DNA of 64,000 nucleotides. Source: an uncultured cyanobacterium (GTDB lineage: Bacteria > Cyanobacteriota > Cyanobacteriia > Pseudanabaenales > Pseudanabaenaceae). The notes under the pieces were generated by a model. It was given only the letters and a program-made list of their open reading frames with translations, was not told the origin of the DNA and made no database searches. The translations under genes were made by a program, and so were the position numbers. The stretch is from positions 2,208,001 through 2,272,000 of the forward strand of contig OY969811.1 in the NCBI GenBank assembly GCA_963703315.1, written 5' to 3'. Shown in pieces: positions 46,054-56,218 of this stretch (its first letter is position 1; the number at the start of each line of letters is the position of its first letter).

Positions 46054-47889
46054 ATGTCACAATCTAAACCTAAACTACTATTTGAATCGGTAGATTTTGA
46101 CAATTATCAATGGAGAGAGGTATTAGACCAAACGAGTCAAAAGCAATGCACGAATTACAGTGAGGCATTTAGGGCAAAAGCCTATCAGTTATCTAATGAC
46201 ACTGTAGCTCAAGATGTTTTTATGTTTTTGAGTGAGATTACATCTGTTGTGATGGAGCCACTAGAAACACAAAACACGTCCTATATTGTCAAGGTAATAT
46301 CTGAGTCATTATCTGAAAAACACCTTTCGATATTACGTGAGTTAGTGGGTAAAATTGATGATCCTGAAATGAGAGCAAGGGTAGCTGATATTCTTTGGAT
46401 TTGCAGAAAACAAGATCCAGATCTAGGTAGACCAATCAAAATGGCTAAAGAAGCACTAAAAGCATATCTTCAATCAGCTAGAAATCTTGAGAACGTAGAC
46501 GACTGGACAAAATGTTTTACAAGACTAAAACGAGCTGCACAGTTAGCCCCAATAATTGATGGCAAAAAAAAGACTGAAATGCTCCGAGAGGTTGTTGGAT
46601 ATATCAATGAAGTTATTTGTCGCTATGAACTTGTTCCCAATGAGTTTTTAACTGGATGTGTAATGGAAGTATTGCAAGAAGATTTGAGCAAAAGTCTTAC
46701 TTCTTTATCATCGGATCTGTCAAATACAGAACAATATGCAGTGGTTGCTGCAAAAAAAGCATTGATTGCTGACAGCATACAAAATTATCACCAAACTTTT
46801 TATCAAAAAATAGCATATCTTCAGATAGAAAGTAAATGGCATAAGATAGCTAAAGATAAAGATGCTGAACGTAATACAAAAATGCAGATAGGAGAAGTCC
46901 ACGTTTGGTATGCTGAACAGGCATTAGTTGTGAATGAGCCTAATTCTTACTCAGTAGCTGCTGGTCGAATTAAAGAGGCAATCGAAACTTTTCAAAACAT
47001 TGAAGATACATTTGGACGAAGATCAGATTCTTCCGAACGCATTCAAGCTTTACACAAGCAGATGCTCGCTTACCAGAAGAAATCTATGTCACAAATGGTT
47101 AGTGTTCCCCTCACTGAACCAGAAAAATTTTGTGAGCAAGAGATGCAAAAACAGGCAAGAGATTTAGTTAAAGGAAAGAATCTACGTGATTCTCTGTATG
47201 TTCTAGCATTTCAATATCGACTAATTTGCAAAACTGAAGATCTCCAAGAAAAAGCAAAGTCTCATTTAATTCCAAAAGATTTTATTGATGAAGAAGGAAA
47301 AACAAAAGCTATTAGCGGAATCGATAAGGATGATTTGAAGGACACGATGTTCAATAATTTAAAATTTTATCAGCGTTGGTATGGACTAAATTTTATTGTG
47401 CCTGCTTGCCGACAGATTTGTTCTGAACATGATGTAACTCTAGAAAATTTGTCTTTTATTGTCCAAGAAAACCCATTTATTCCAAAAGGACGTGAATTTC
47501 TATATTTAAAAGGTTTAATAGCTGGCTTGCAAGAAGATCCAGTAATTGCTGCACATCTACTGATTCCACAACTAGAAAATTCTCTACGTCATATTTTAAA
47601 GGAGAAGAGTTTTATCACATCCAAGAGAGAGACAGTTCAGGATGATTTTCTTCTTCATGAAGTTTTAAATACACCTGATTTGATTCAGGTTTTAGATAAG
47701 GACATAATTTTTACTTTAAAGGGATTATTAGTTGAACGAATGGGATCTAATCTTAGAAATGAGGTTTGTCATGGATTATTGAATTATGGTCGATTTTTCT
47801 CACCTGAACTAGCATATCTCTGGTGGCTAACACTTTTCTTGTGTCTTGTACCAACTTATAGCCATTGGGCTGATGAGAACAAAGAGTAG
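46054..47889 (+). CDS. DUF4209-like protein with C-terminal HEPN-type RxxxxH motif
   Basis: RARVADILW; NPFIPKGRE; AAHLLIPQLENSLRHIL; GSNLRNEVCHGLL; YLWWLTL. AT-rich, with no HIP1 seen. Confidence 0.75.
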   Translation: MSQSKPKLLFESVDFDNYQWREVLDQTSQKQCTNYSEAFRAKAYQLSNDTVAQDVFMFLSEITSVVMEPLETQNTSYIVKVISESLSEKHLSILRELVGKIDDPEMRARVADILWICRKQDPDLGRPIKMAKEALKAYLQSARNLENVDDWTKCFTRLKRAAQLAPIIDGKKKTEMLREVVGYINEVICRYELVPNEFLTGCVMEVLQEDLSKSLTSLSSDLSNTEQYAVVAAKKALIADSIQNYHQTFYQKIAYLQIESKWHKIAKDKDAERNTKMQIGEVHVWYAEQALVVNEPNSYSVAAGRIKEAIETFQNIEDTFGRRSDSSERIQALHKQMLAYQKKSMSQMVSVPLTEPEKFCEQEMQKQARDLVKGKNLRDSLYVLAFQYRLICKTEDLQEKAKSHLIPKDFIDEEGKTKAISGIDKDDLKDTMFNNLKFYQRWYGLNFIVPACRQICSEHDVTLENLSFIVQENPFIPKGREFLYLKGLIAGLQEDPVIAAHLLIPQLENSLRHILKEKSFITSKRETVQDDFLLHEVLNTPDLIQVLDKDIIFTLKGLLVERMGSNLRNEVCHGLLNYGRFFSPELAYLWWLTLFLCLVPTYSHWADENKE

Positions 47890-48022
47890 TTCTAGGAAAG
47901 AATACTCATAACTCTCTTTTCGTATAGAATCTATAGGTTTATATCTGCATGGGAGTATCTAAATTTCATCAGTAAGAAGATGCTACATAGTCCATCTATT
48001 TTTACACGTCTGAAACATTGAT

Positions 48023-48460
48023 TTAAACTTTGGTTTCCTCATCGTATTCATTCTCATCCTCATCATCTTCATTCTCATTATCTTCATCCTCATCTTGAGT
48101 ATCAGAAGGAATATTGAGAACCCAATTACTTGAATCTAGAGCTAAAAACAAAGCATCTTTCCAGCTAACAGACGTATTGTAACCATTTTTATGCTCAACT
48201 AATTCTTTCAAAAGACTTTGTTTAAAACGACACTTGATAGAAGTTAAGCTTTCTTGTTTAACTTTACCTATACTGAGAAAGTCTTGAAGGATATTAGCTG
48301 AAGAAACTAACGGGTTATACGAATTTTCATCAAGAATCTGTTCCATCAGTTCATCGTACGAGAAATGAATTTCGACGGATGCCTTTTCTTCAGCCGATTG
48401 AACTAATGTAGATATTGGCACTGAGAACCAGATTGTTTTACGCTTTTCCATATTGAGCAA
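48023..48460 (-). CDS. Hypothetical protein with acidic C-terminal tail
   Basis: 145-aa ORF ending QDEDEDNENEDDEDENEYDEETKV; no family recognised. Confidence 0.55.
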   Translation of the reverse strand: MLNMEKRKTIWFSVPISTLVQSAEEKASVEIHFSYDELMEQILDENSYNPLVSSANILQDFLSIGKVKQESLTSIKCRFKQSLLKELVEHKNGYNTSVSWKDALFLALDSSNWVLNIPSDTQDEDEDNENEDDEDENEYDEETKV

Positions 48461-48650
48461 GAATTAAACAGTATTGATACTTTGGGAAATTTATCTCAAG
48501 TAATGATCATTACAAAAAAGTTACGCTCTTTGGCATCGGAAGACCGCCCTAATCACAAGATTGTAAACTTTTTCAAAGTCACCAAGATGATTATCACACT
48601 AAATTTGATTATGTTAACCTAAAAATGCTTTGCCTACAAAAACGATCAAA

Positions 48651-48911
48651 ATGTCAACTAATAGCCCAATCATATTTGCTGAAGAATTAGCCAATGAGCT
48701 AGACAAAATCCCTGAACAATATTGGTCAAACCTTTTGCAGATTATTCGTTTGTTTCGTGAAAGCGTTACCCCAGTATCAGAAAGCCATTCTCAAGATCCT
48801 GCGATTATCGAAGCGATCGAAGATTTAGGGCTTGTCCATGCCATGTTAGAAGTTAAGGATGAAATGCCTCTTAGTCTCCAAGAAGCACTTGCTGAAATGG
48901 AAAGAGCATGA
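48651..48911 (+). CDS. Putative antitoxin
   Basis: LLQIIRLFRESV...IEDLGLVHAMLEVKDEMPLSLQEAL; ATGA overlap with the RelE gene. Confidence 0.7.
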   Translation: MSTNSPIIFAEELANELDKIPEQYWSNLLQIIRLFRESVTPVSESHSQDPAIIEAIEDLGLVHAMLEVKDEMPLSLQEALAEMERA

Positions 48912-49177
48912 ACGTCAATTATCTTCCCAGTTTTCTGAAAGAACTTAAAGCTCTTAGAAGTACACCTTACTTCAAACCCATAAACACACTCGTATTTGAG
49001 GAAATCCCTAAACTTGCTGGGTTGGCAGATATCAAAAATGTCAAAAAGCTACAGGGGTATGAAAATGCTTATCGAATCAAAGTAGGAGATTATCGAATTG
49101 GCGTGATCTTTGAAGATGAAACCGTTACATTTTGTAGAGTATTGCATCGCAAAGAAATTTATCGCTATTTTCCATAA
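48908..49177 (+). CDS. RelE/ParE family toxin
   Basis: SFLKELK, VKKLQGYENAYRIKVGDYRIG, RVLHRKEIYRYFP. Confidence 0.92.
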   Translation: MNVNYLPSFLKELKALRSTPYFKPINTLVFEEIPKLAGLADIKNVKKLQGYENAYRIKVGDYRIGVIFEDETVTFCRVLHRKEIYRYFP

Positions 49178-49232
49178 ACTAAACCTCTTGCTGCCGCGTA
49201 AGCAATACAAACTAGATAAGCTAGAGCAATCA

Positions 49233-49532
49233 TCACAATGCTTGCTCTAGCTTGCCAATCTTAACCAAGAGATCCTTTCGCAACTCACATAAACTAAACC
49301 ACTCAAACAGATCCATCTCATCCCCTAATGCTCCTGATTCAAATTGTTTTTGAAACTGATGAGAATCAAGCCTATAGTTCTGTTCAAACTTGCTAATATC
49401 ACGGTCATAAACAGCTAATTTCTGTCGATGACGATTTAACATTACATTGAGTAATTGACTCAGAATCCGATCTAAATCGTTGCGATCGCTACAATTTGCA
49501 TTAAGTAGCTCTAATTTATCTAATGTATTCAT
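49233..49532 (-). CDS. Small antitoxin-like hypothetical protein with no adjacent partner
   Basis: KFEQNYRLDSHQFQKQFESGALGDEMDLFEW resembles a motif seen in small cyanobacterial TA-associated proteins. Start placed at MNTLDK. Confidence 0.55.
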   Translation of the reverse strand: MNTLDKLELLNANCSDRNDLDRILSQLLNVMLNRHRQKLAVYDRDISKFEQNYRLDSHQFQKQFESGALGDEMDLFEWFSLCELRKDLLVKIGKLEQAL

Positions 49533-49582
49533 GGCATATACACATAACTCATTTAACATTATACCAACGGTATTTTTGCCTA

Positions 49583-49615
49583 TAAAAAAGGCGGCGCAAT
49601 GCGCCGCCTTTTTTA
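49583..49615 (-). terminator. Terminator-like hairpin after chlH
   Basis: TAAAAAAGGCGGCGC-AAT-GCGCCGCCTTTTTTA lies 3 bp past the chlH stop. Confidence 0.75.
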
Positions 49616-49618
49616 GTT

Positions 49619-52600
49619 TTACTCTACACCTTCAATGCGGTCTTCGAGTTCTTGATATAGCTCACGCAATCTATCCAGATTCTCTTCGCTGGTTTCCCAA
49701 TAGCCGCGACCATTGACTTCTAGAAGAGTACCGACAATCTTACGGAACGAATTGGGGTTGAGATTTTTGAGGCGATCGCACATCTCTTTATCGTTTACAT
49801 AGACATCATTGACATCTTCGTAAACCCAGTTATCCACTGCTCCAGCCGTCGCTGACCAGCCCATTGTGTTCACAAGGCGCTTGGAGATTTCGCGTACACC
49901 TTCATAACCACTCTTGAGCATTCCCTCATACCACTTGGGATTGAGAATCTTGGTGCGGGTATCGAGGCGGACTGTCTCAGTCAGGGTGCGGACTTGAGCA
50001 TTGGCGGTGGTGGTGTCAGCGACAAAAGAGGCAGGTTTTTTGCCATCTTTGCGGAGACTACCAACGAGCTTAGTGGGGTCAGAGTCGAAGTAGTGGGATA
50101 CATCGGTGAGACTGATTTCTGACGAGTCCAAATTCTGGAAGGTCATGTCAACGGTCTTTAGTGATGCTTCGTAAAGCTGACGCTGTTGGGTGTTGCTGAC
50201 ATTGCCACCAAAGGCGAAGGACTTGCGCGATAGATACATCTGTTGCAATTCTTCTTCGTTTTCCCATGTGCTGTTTTCTACAGCGAGGTTAACGTTAGAG
50301 GAATAGGAACCCGATGAGTTACTGAAGACGCGAGTTGCCGCTTGGTTAATGGTTAAACCAAATTCTTCTGCTTGGGCGATCGCGTGTTTGCGGACAAAGT
50401 TCATTTCCAAAGGTTCATCGGCTTCGGCTGCCATTCTCACGGCGCGATCGATCAAGTCCATTTGATTAACGAATAGGTCACGGAATACGCCTGAACAGTT
50501 GACGACGACATCAACGCGAGGTCTACCAAGTTCTTCGAGAGGAGTTAACTCCAAGCGATTAATGCGTCCAAGAGCATCGGGCATGGGCTTCACGCCGATC
50601 ATGCAGAGAACTTGAGCGAGGGATTCGCCATAGGTCTTGATGTTGTCGGTTCCCCAGAGGACGACAGCGATCGTTTCGGGATAGACTCCATTGTTGTCTT
50701 GACGCTGACGCTCCAAAAGGCGATCGACTACGGTTTTCGCTGCTTGCACTGCGGCACTCGTAGGGATCGAGTTAGGATCGAGGGCGTGCATATTCTTGCC
50801 AGTGGGCAGCACGAGGGGATTACGGATCGGATCTCCCCCTGGGCTAGGAGTGATGTAATCGCCTTCGAGAGCTTTAATCAATCCGCCGAGTTCATTGTCA
50901 GCAACAACTTGTTTGAGACAGAACTCTAGGAATTCAAACAGAGGCTTGATGTCGTCTTTATTAATATTGGGATAGCCATTCTCTTGGAAAACTTCAATCC
51001 AAGGTTCAGTTTTACCCATTCTAAAGAAGTTGAGAACTGAGAGTTTAGAAACTCTGCCATCGTCATCAGCTTTTGCTTTGACCAATGCACCTACGGCTTT
51101 ATTCGCTAAAGCACGGATGTTTGCCAAGAGTTCCACATCGGCGTAAATACCCTTGTCGCTGGATTTGTAGAGTTGCTCGATATCGCACCCGATCGCTTCA
51201 CAGATGATTCGCAACAGAGACTTCATGTTATCTTCGGGGCGATCAAAACTGGCGATGCTAGTCAATACATCGGTGACATCTTCCACTTTGGGAGGTTCGC
51301 CAACAACGTGTAAGCCGCAAGGGAGAACGCGGGATTCGATTTCCATCAGCTTGTTGTAAACCTGACCGATGACATTATCGCGCTCTTCTAGATCCATTTC
51401 CTTAGCGTCTTTTTCAGGAAGAGTTACGTCTTTGTCCAAATTGACCAGACGCACCTTATCCATAATCGTGTTGGTGATTTGGATACCACGACCACCGAGG
51501 CGCAAATCTTTGTAAGACGCAATCAGTTCACTCAGTTCCTGCAAATTACGGCTCAAGCCAGCATTTTCAGGCGCAGGGGTGATGTAGCTGATGATCGTGG
51601 CATAACCGCGTCGTTTAGCGATCGTGGCTTCGGAAGGATTGTTGACAGCGTAGTAATAGATGTTGGGCAAAGCGCCAATTAAACTATCGGGATAGCAATC
51701 GCCCGACATTCCTACTTGCTTTCCTGGCATAAATTCCATTGAGCCATGAGTACCGAAGTGGAGGACGGCATCGGCTCCCCAGATATGGTTGAGATAGGTG
51801 TAGTAAGCGACAAAGCCGTGATGGGGGGATGCAGACTTGCTAAAGAGCAAGCGCATGGGGTCGCCTTCATAGCCAAAGGTGGGCTGGACACCTACGAAGA
51901 TATTTCCATATTGCTTACCGTAAATGAGCAGGTTCTGTCCATCGGAATTGAGATGTCCAGGGGCAGCACCCCATTGTTCGATAATGCGATCGACGTAGGG
52001 AGTATTGGCTTCATATTCGGGAACGGACATCTTGTAAGCAACGTTCAGTTCAGGACTGCCAACCATGGCTTCAGGATTGTGCAAGATATCGGACATCATG
52101 TCGTGGGATGTTTTTGGCAAACCTTGCACATCATAACCATTGTTGCCGAGAGCTTCTACGACCTTATGAATGGAAGAGAATACATCCAAATAGGCGGCGG
52201 TTCCAATATTGCCTTTATCAGGAGGGAAACTAAAGATCGTGATGGCAAGTTTCTTTTCATGGCGGGGCTTGCGGCGGAGATTTGCCCACTTGATCGCACG
52301 GTTGGCGATGGTTTCAAGGCGATCGCCTAAAGCATGGGAACGACCAGTCGCACTATCACGCCCCGAAAGCACAATTGGATCGAGTCCGCCATCAAGCTCA
52401 GGCAAAGCAACTTGTAATGCTACTTGCACAGGATGCAAACCAAGATCGCTATCTTGCCATTCTTCCGTAGTTTGGAAAACGAGGGGCAGGGCTACCATAT
52501 AGGGACGGTTGAGCTTTTCGAGGGCTTCGATCGCTTTTGGATGATCTTGCTTAGCAGGACCTCCAACGAGGGCAAAACCTGTCAGTGAAACGACGCTATC

Positions 52601-53623
52601 CACGATCGCCCGATCCTTTTGCTTAGGATCGTAAAAATATTCTTCAACTGCCTTTGAGAAATCTAAGCCCCCATTGAATACAGAAATGACTCTAGCCCCA
52701 AGGGATTCCAATTCCTGCACCATCGCCACATAATGCGCGTCATCGCCTGTGACTAAGTGCGTTCTTGCCATCAACAGCCCCACACATGGCGCAAGGGGAT
52801 CTTTCATGTCATCGGGAATATCGGTACGGGCATTAAACCATGCCAAATAATCGGCAGTAGTCTCGAACATTTTGGGCGCGAGAGGATGCCATAGCCCCAT
52901 ATCTAAATAGGTGACAGGATCTTTAATAATTAGAGTCCCCGAACCCGTCTCCTTTGCCCTTGCTTTGACACTGGGCAAATAATTTTGCGCCAACATCAAC
53001 AGGAAGTTTTCCAGATTTTCGGTCGATCCGCCTAGCCAATATTGGAAGCTCAACATAAAGTTACGAGCATCCTGCGCCTTATCCATTGGCATATATTTGA
53101 GAATCTTGGGCAGGGTCTGTACGACCTTGAGCATACTGTCTTGAAAAGAACTGCCCGATTTCTCTTTGCGCTTCCGCATGAACTGAGCGATCGCACTCTT
53201 AGACTGTCCCAGATTTTCCATGCTGAAGCTACCCATTTTATTCAGGCGCATCACCTCTGGCATCGATGGGAATACTACACAAGCGGATAGGCGATCGCGG
53301 TGGGGCTGCACTGCCTGAGCAATCTTAGTTGCCATATCATCGATAAAAATCAACGAAGCAATAAACATATCGGCTTCAGCGACATCATCTTTAAAGGCTT
53401 CATAATTTTCGGGGCTACGCAACTCTTCGATTAAATAACCACTTACCTCGATCGCTAGGTTAGGGTTGTTCTTATTAATTGACTTTACAGCCGCCGACAT
53501 AGCGCTCTGATATTGGGGTTCCAGCACTACATAGACCAACTTCATTAAGACCCGACCCTGTAGATTTTCGGGAATGATACGTCTACCAGATAATGTTGCG
53601 ATCGGTGGCATAGAAGTGAACAT
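49619..53623 (-). CDS. chlH: Magnesium chelatase subunit H
   Basis: [63 protein letters not shown]; 1334 aa. Confidence 0.98.
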   Translation of the reverse strand: MFTSMPPIATLSGRRIIPENLQGRVLMKLVYVVLEPQYQSAMSAAVKSINKNNPNLAIEVSGYLIEELRSPENYEAFKDDVAEADMFIASLIFIDDMATKIAQAVQPHRDRLSACVVFPSMPEVMRLNKMGSFSMENLGQSKSAIAQFMRKRKEKSGSSFQDSMLKVVQTLPKILKYMPMDKAQDARNFMLSFQYWLGGSTENLENFLLMLAQNYLPSVKARAKETGSGTLIIKDPVTYLDMGLWHPLAPKMFETTADYLAWFNARTDIPDDMKDPLAPCVGLLMARTHLVTGDDAHYVAMVQELESLGARVISVFNGGLDFSKAVEEYFYDPKQKDRAIVDSVVSLTGFALVGGPAKQDHPKAIEALEKLNRPYMVALPLVFQTTEEWQDSDLGLHPVQVALQVALPELDGGLDPIVLSGRDSATGRSHALGDRLETIANRAIKWANLRRKPRHEKKLAITIFSFPPDKGNIGTAAYLDVFSSIHKVVEALGNNGYDVQGLPKTSHDMMSDILHNPEAMVGSPELNVAYKMSVPEYEANTPYVDRIIEQWGAAPGHLNSDGQNLLIYGKQYGNIFVGVQPTFGYEGDPMRLLFSKSASPHHGFVAYYTYLNHIWGADAVLHFGTHGSMEFMPGKQVGMSGDCYPDSLIGALPNIYYYAVNNPSEATIAKRRGYATIISYITPAPENAGLSRNLQELSELIASYKDLRLGGRGIQITNTIMDKVRLVNLDKDVTLPEKDAKEMDLEERDNVIGQVYNKLMEIESRVLPCGLHVVGEPPKVEDVTDVLTSIASFDRPEDNMKSLLRIICEAIGCDIEQLYKSSDKGIYADVELLANIRALANKAVGALVKAKADDDGRVSKLSVLNFFRMGKTEPWIEVFQENGYPNINKDDIKPLFEFLEFCLKQVVADNELGGLIKALEGDYITPSPGGDPIRNPLVLPTGKNMHALDPNSIPTSAAVQAAKTVVDRLLERQRQDNNGVYPETIAVVLWGTDNIKTYGESLAQVLCMIGVKPMPDALGRINRLELTPLEELGRPRVDVVVNCSGVFRDLFVNQMDLIDRAVRMAAEADEPLEMNFVRKHAIAQAEEFGLTINQAATRVFSNSSGSYSSNVNLAVENSTWENEEELQQMYLSRKSFAFGGNVSNTQQRQLYEASLKTVDMTFQNLDSSEISLTDVSHYFDSDPTKLVGSLRKDGKKPASFVADTTTANAQVRTLTETVRLDTRTKILNPKWYEGMLKSGYEGVREISKRLVNTMGWSATAGAVDNWVYEDVNDVYVNDKEMCDRLKNLNPNSFRKIVGTLLEVNGRGYWETSEENLDRLRELYQELEDRIEGVE

Positions 53624-53812
53624 GCAGTCTCCTTAAATTACAGTCTTGATTTTTGGGAATTTTATGTATTGCGTTTGGTTATATTTTGGCAAAACTGTTA
53701 CATAGAGCAACAATTAGCAACTAAAGATTTATACCTATTCATTATTTAATACCAGACAACCATTACAGTGGTTGATTTTGGGCAGTAAATGCAATAATTT
53801 GAAATTGATTTG

Positions 53813-53830
53813 TTTACATTTCGTTACATT
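53813..53830. promoter_or_regulatory. HLR1 (RpaB-binding) direct repeat
   Basis: TTTACATT-TC-GTTACATT exactly fits (G/T)TTACA(T/A)(T/A)-N2-(G/T)TTACA(T/A)(T/A) and lies in the divergent chlH/Tic20 spacer. Confidence 0.75.
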
Positions 53831-53953
53831 TCTTAATCTTCATGATGGCAAAACGTAAACATTTCTTAAATATCTTACGTGTTGCGATTCCTCATTTATG
53901 GAGCGGTGATCGCTATAATGCCAATAAATGCCCTGAACTCAAAGGAAATCTTT

Positions 53954-54463
53954 ATGAATTGGCAGCAAACTGCAACACCTTTACATCGCTTTTATAGTTG
54001 CTTGCCTTACCTATTGCCAATGTCGGCGGGCGTGATTTATGGAGCCGTTTTATTTCAGCAGTTCCCTTTGCTGATCTTTCCTTTTATTCCCTTTATTTGG
54101 ATATATGGCAATGTGTTGTCATTACCACTAGTTCCTTTCTTGGGATTAACGGGTGAATTTTTCTTGTTCATGGGGCTATATTTTTTGGTAGTAAGAGATT
54201 CTCGTGTTCCTCATTTTATTCGCTTCAATACAATGCAGGCATTATTAATGCAAATTGTGTTGTTTATTGGTCAAGTTCTCTTTCAGTTTCTTGAACAATT
54301 GGCAAATGATGCTTTGCCATCATTACTAAGTAACACTTTTGCTAATACGATATTCATCGGGTTAACACTATTAACTGGATATGCGGTTTACCATAGTTTT
54401 AAAGGTGAATATTCCGATATCCCTACGCTTTCTCAAGCTGCATCCTTTCAGTGCGAAATATAA
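53954..54463 (+). CDS. Tic20 family membrane protein (Ycf60-like), copy 1
   Basis: SCLPYLLP, LVVRDSRVPHFIRFNTMQALL, GEYSDIPTLSQA; an AAGGA RBS precedes the ATG at 53954. Confidence 0.88.
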   Translation: MNWQQTATPLHRFYSCLPYLLPMSAGVIYGAVLFQQFPLLIFPFIPFIWIYGNVLSLPLVPFLGLTGEFFLFMGLYFLVVRDSRVPHFIRFNTMQALLMQIVLFIGQVLFQFLEQLANDALPSLLSNTFANTIFIGLTLLTGYAVYHSFKGEYSDIPTLSQAASFQCEI

Positions 54464-54538
54464 CTGAATTCATAATATTTAATCGTTTGTATTCATGCTA
54501 TAGCGCTTTTCAAGCAAGCGAGGAAAAAGAAATAACTT

Positions 54539-55042
54539 ATGGTAAGACGTAGTTCAGTTGATTATTTAGATAGGCTATATGCTAGTTTGCCTTACTTATT
54601 GCCAGTGACCGCAGTAGTAATTTTTGGTGCATTCTTGTTTCTTCAGTTCCCCCCATTGACAATAGTCTTTTTACCAATCTTCTATCTAAATAGCATCTTA
54701 TCAATTTCCATCATAGATTTTATTTCGATTCGTTTTGTGGCTTGGTTTTGTGTATTTCTTTTGGTGGTAAGAAATTACAAGGTACATCACTTTATCCGTT
54801 TCAATGCGATGCAAGCATTACTGTTAGATATAATCGTTGCCCTTGCAGGGGCAATAACTGAGCTTTTATCTGTAATTCTAGGGAAGTTAGCATTTTTCCC
54901 TTTTGTGCTTCAGATTATTGCTAGCGTTACTTTCTTGGGCATAACGGCTGCATTTATCTACGCAGTATTTGAGTGTATTCGTGGCAATTATGCTAATAAA
55001 ATCCCTGTTGTTTCTGATGTTGCTTCCTCTCAAACCTATTAA
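54539..55042 (+). CDS. Tic20 family membrane protein, copy 2
   Basis: DRLYASLPYLLP, VVRNYKVHHFIRFNAMQALLLDI, GNYANKIPVVSD. Confidence 0.9.
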   Translation: MVRRSSVDYLDRLYASLPYLLPVTAVVIFGAFLFLQFPPLTIVFLPIFYLNSILSISIIDFISIRFVAWFCVFLLVVRNYKVHHFIRFNAMQALLLDIIVALAGAITELLSVILGKLAFFPFVLQIIASVTFLGITAAFIYAVFECIRGNYANKIPVVSDVASSQTY

Positions 55043-55105
55043 ACCAGAGCAAAAACTGTAGCGCACGCTGCGCGTGCGCTACAGTTTTTTGGAGTTTGCG
55101 CCTAG

Positions 55106-55975
55106 CTACTTAATCTGAGCCGATATAAATCTTTCAATACCTGAATAGTCTTGATGAGTTTGGATGTTTTTGTAATCGCCATTTTCCTGTAATAGCGATC
55201 GCACAATTTCCGATTGACCTGCCATCATTTCAATAATCCAAAAACCACCAGAAATTAAATATGCTGGTGCAGTATTGACTAACTCACGAATATCATCAAG
55301 TCCATCATCTCCGCCGTCAAGTGCTAAATGTGGCTCATGATTTTTTACTTCGGGCTGTAAATTTAAAACTTCATAGCTTGGAATATAGGGGGGATTAGAA
55401 ACCATGCCTGCCAGTTTATTTTGCAGACCTAATTTAGCTAATGGCTCAAACCATTTACCATGATGGAAATGTATTTTCTGGTTATCATTGTTTGCGTTTA
55501 ACCTAGCAATTTCTAAGGCAGCCTCACTGCAATCAACCGCATAAATTTGGGCTTGCGAAAAATGTTTGGCTAAGCCGATCGCGATCGCACCACTACCAGT
55601 TCCTAAATCTACCCAGATACCATTTTGATAAATTTCATCTTGGCAATGCTCAGCAATAATATCGATAATTAATTCGGTTTCAGGACGGGGAATTAAAACG
55701 GCAGACGTGACTTGTAATTCTAAATTGCGCCATGTAACGGAGCCTACTAAATACTGCACAGGAATGCGATCGCTTAATCTTTTTTGCCACAATTGATCGA
55801 GTTTAGTTAATAATTCAGGCGTAATTTTTTGTGAGATATTAGGCGATCGCAATCTTAAGTCCAATTTATCTAAGTAAGTTAGCCGTAAAACTAGCCAATC
55901 AAGTTCATATATAGGTACGTCATGTTGCTTTGCTGCTAGAAGACTGCGATCGTACCATTCCCAGAAATTCATCAT
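55106..55975 (-). CDS. prmC: Release factor glutamine N5-methyltransferase
   Basis: PVQYLVG, VLIPRPETE, DLGTGSGAIA, SNPPYIP, EPHLALDGGDDGL. Start placed at MMNFW. Confidence 0.95.
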   Translation of the reverse strand: MMNFWEWYDRSLLAAKQHDVPIYELDWLVLRLTYLDKLDLRLRSPNISQKITPELLTKLDQLWQKRLSDRIPVQYLVGSVTWRNLELQVTSAVLIPRPETELIIDIIAEHCQDEIYQNGIWVDLGTGSGAIAIGLAKHFSQAQIYAVDCSEAALEIARLNANNDNQKIHFHHGKWFEPLAKLGLQNKLAGMVSNPPYIPSYEVLNLQPEVKNHEPHLALDGGDDGLDDIRELVNTAPAYLISGGFWIIEMMAGQSEIVRSLLQENGDYKNIQTHQDYSGIERFISAQIK

Positions 55976-56016
55976 TAATTCTCCTAAACAAAAGGCTCGC
56001 ATTGCGAGCCTTTTGT

Positions 56017-56163
56017 TTATTTTTTGCGCTTGTTCATGTCTTCGAGATAAGCCTGTTGGTAATTCAGAAAGCTGTTATGCCATTCTTGAAAACGGCGATC
56101 GCCATCACGTACCAACATTTGACGATACTTTTCCGAAGAAACGTATGATTTTGAAGTTGACAT
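56017..56163 (-). CDS. Small hypothetical protein (48 aa), below the ORF-track cut-off
   Basis: MSTSKSYVSSEKYRQMLVRDGDRRFQEWHNSFLNYQQAYLEDMNKRKK; co-oriented between serA and prmC and bounded by hairpins on both sides. Confidence 0.55.
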   Translation of the reverse strand: MSTSKSYVSSEKYRQMLVRDGDRRFQEWHNSFLNYQQAYLEDMNKRKK

Positions 56164-56218
56164 AATGCTTATCCACTAAACTTCGCTTAGATGGTAACGT
56201 ATTGCGTCACCATTTAAA

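Noticed and set aside
50612..53290. Several + strand ORFs inside chlH, and similar antisense ORFs inside murF, fabF, the porin, serA and priA
   Set aside because: They are shadow ORFs opposite well-supported genes, with no recognisable motifs.
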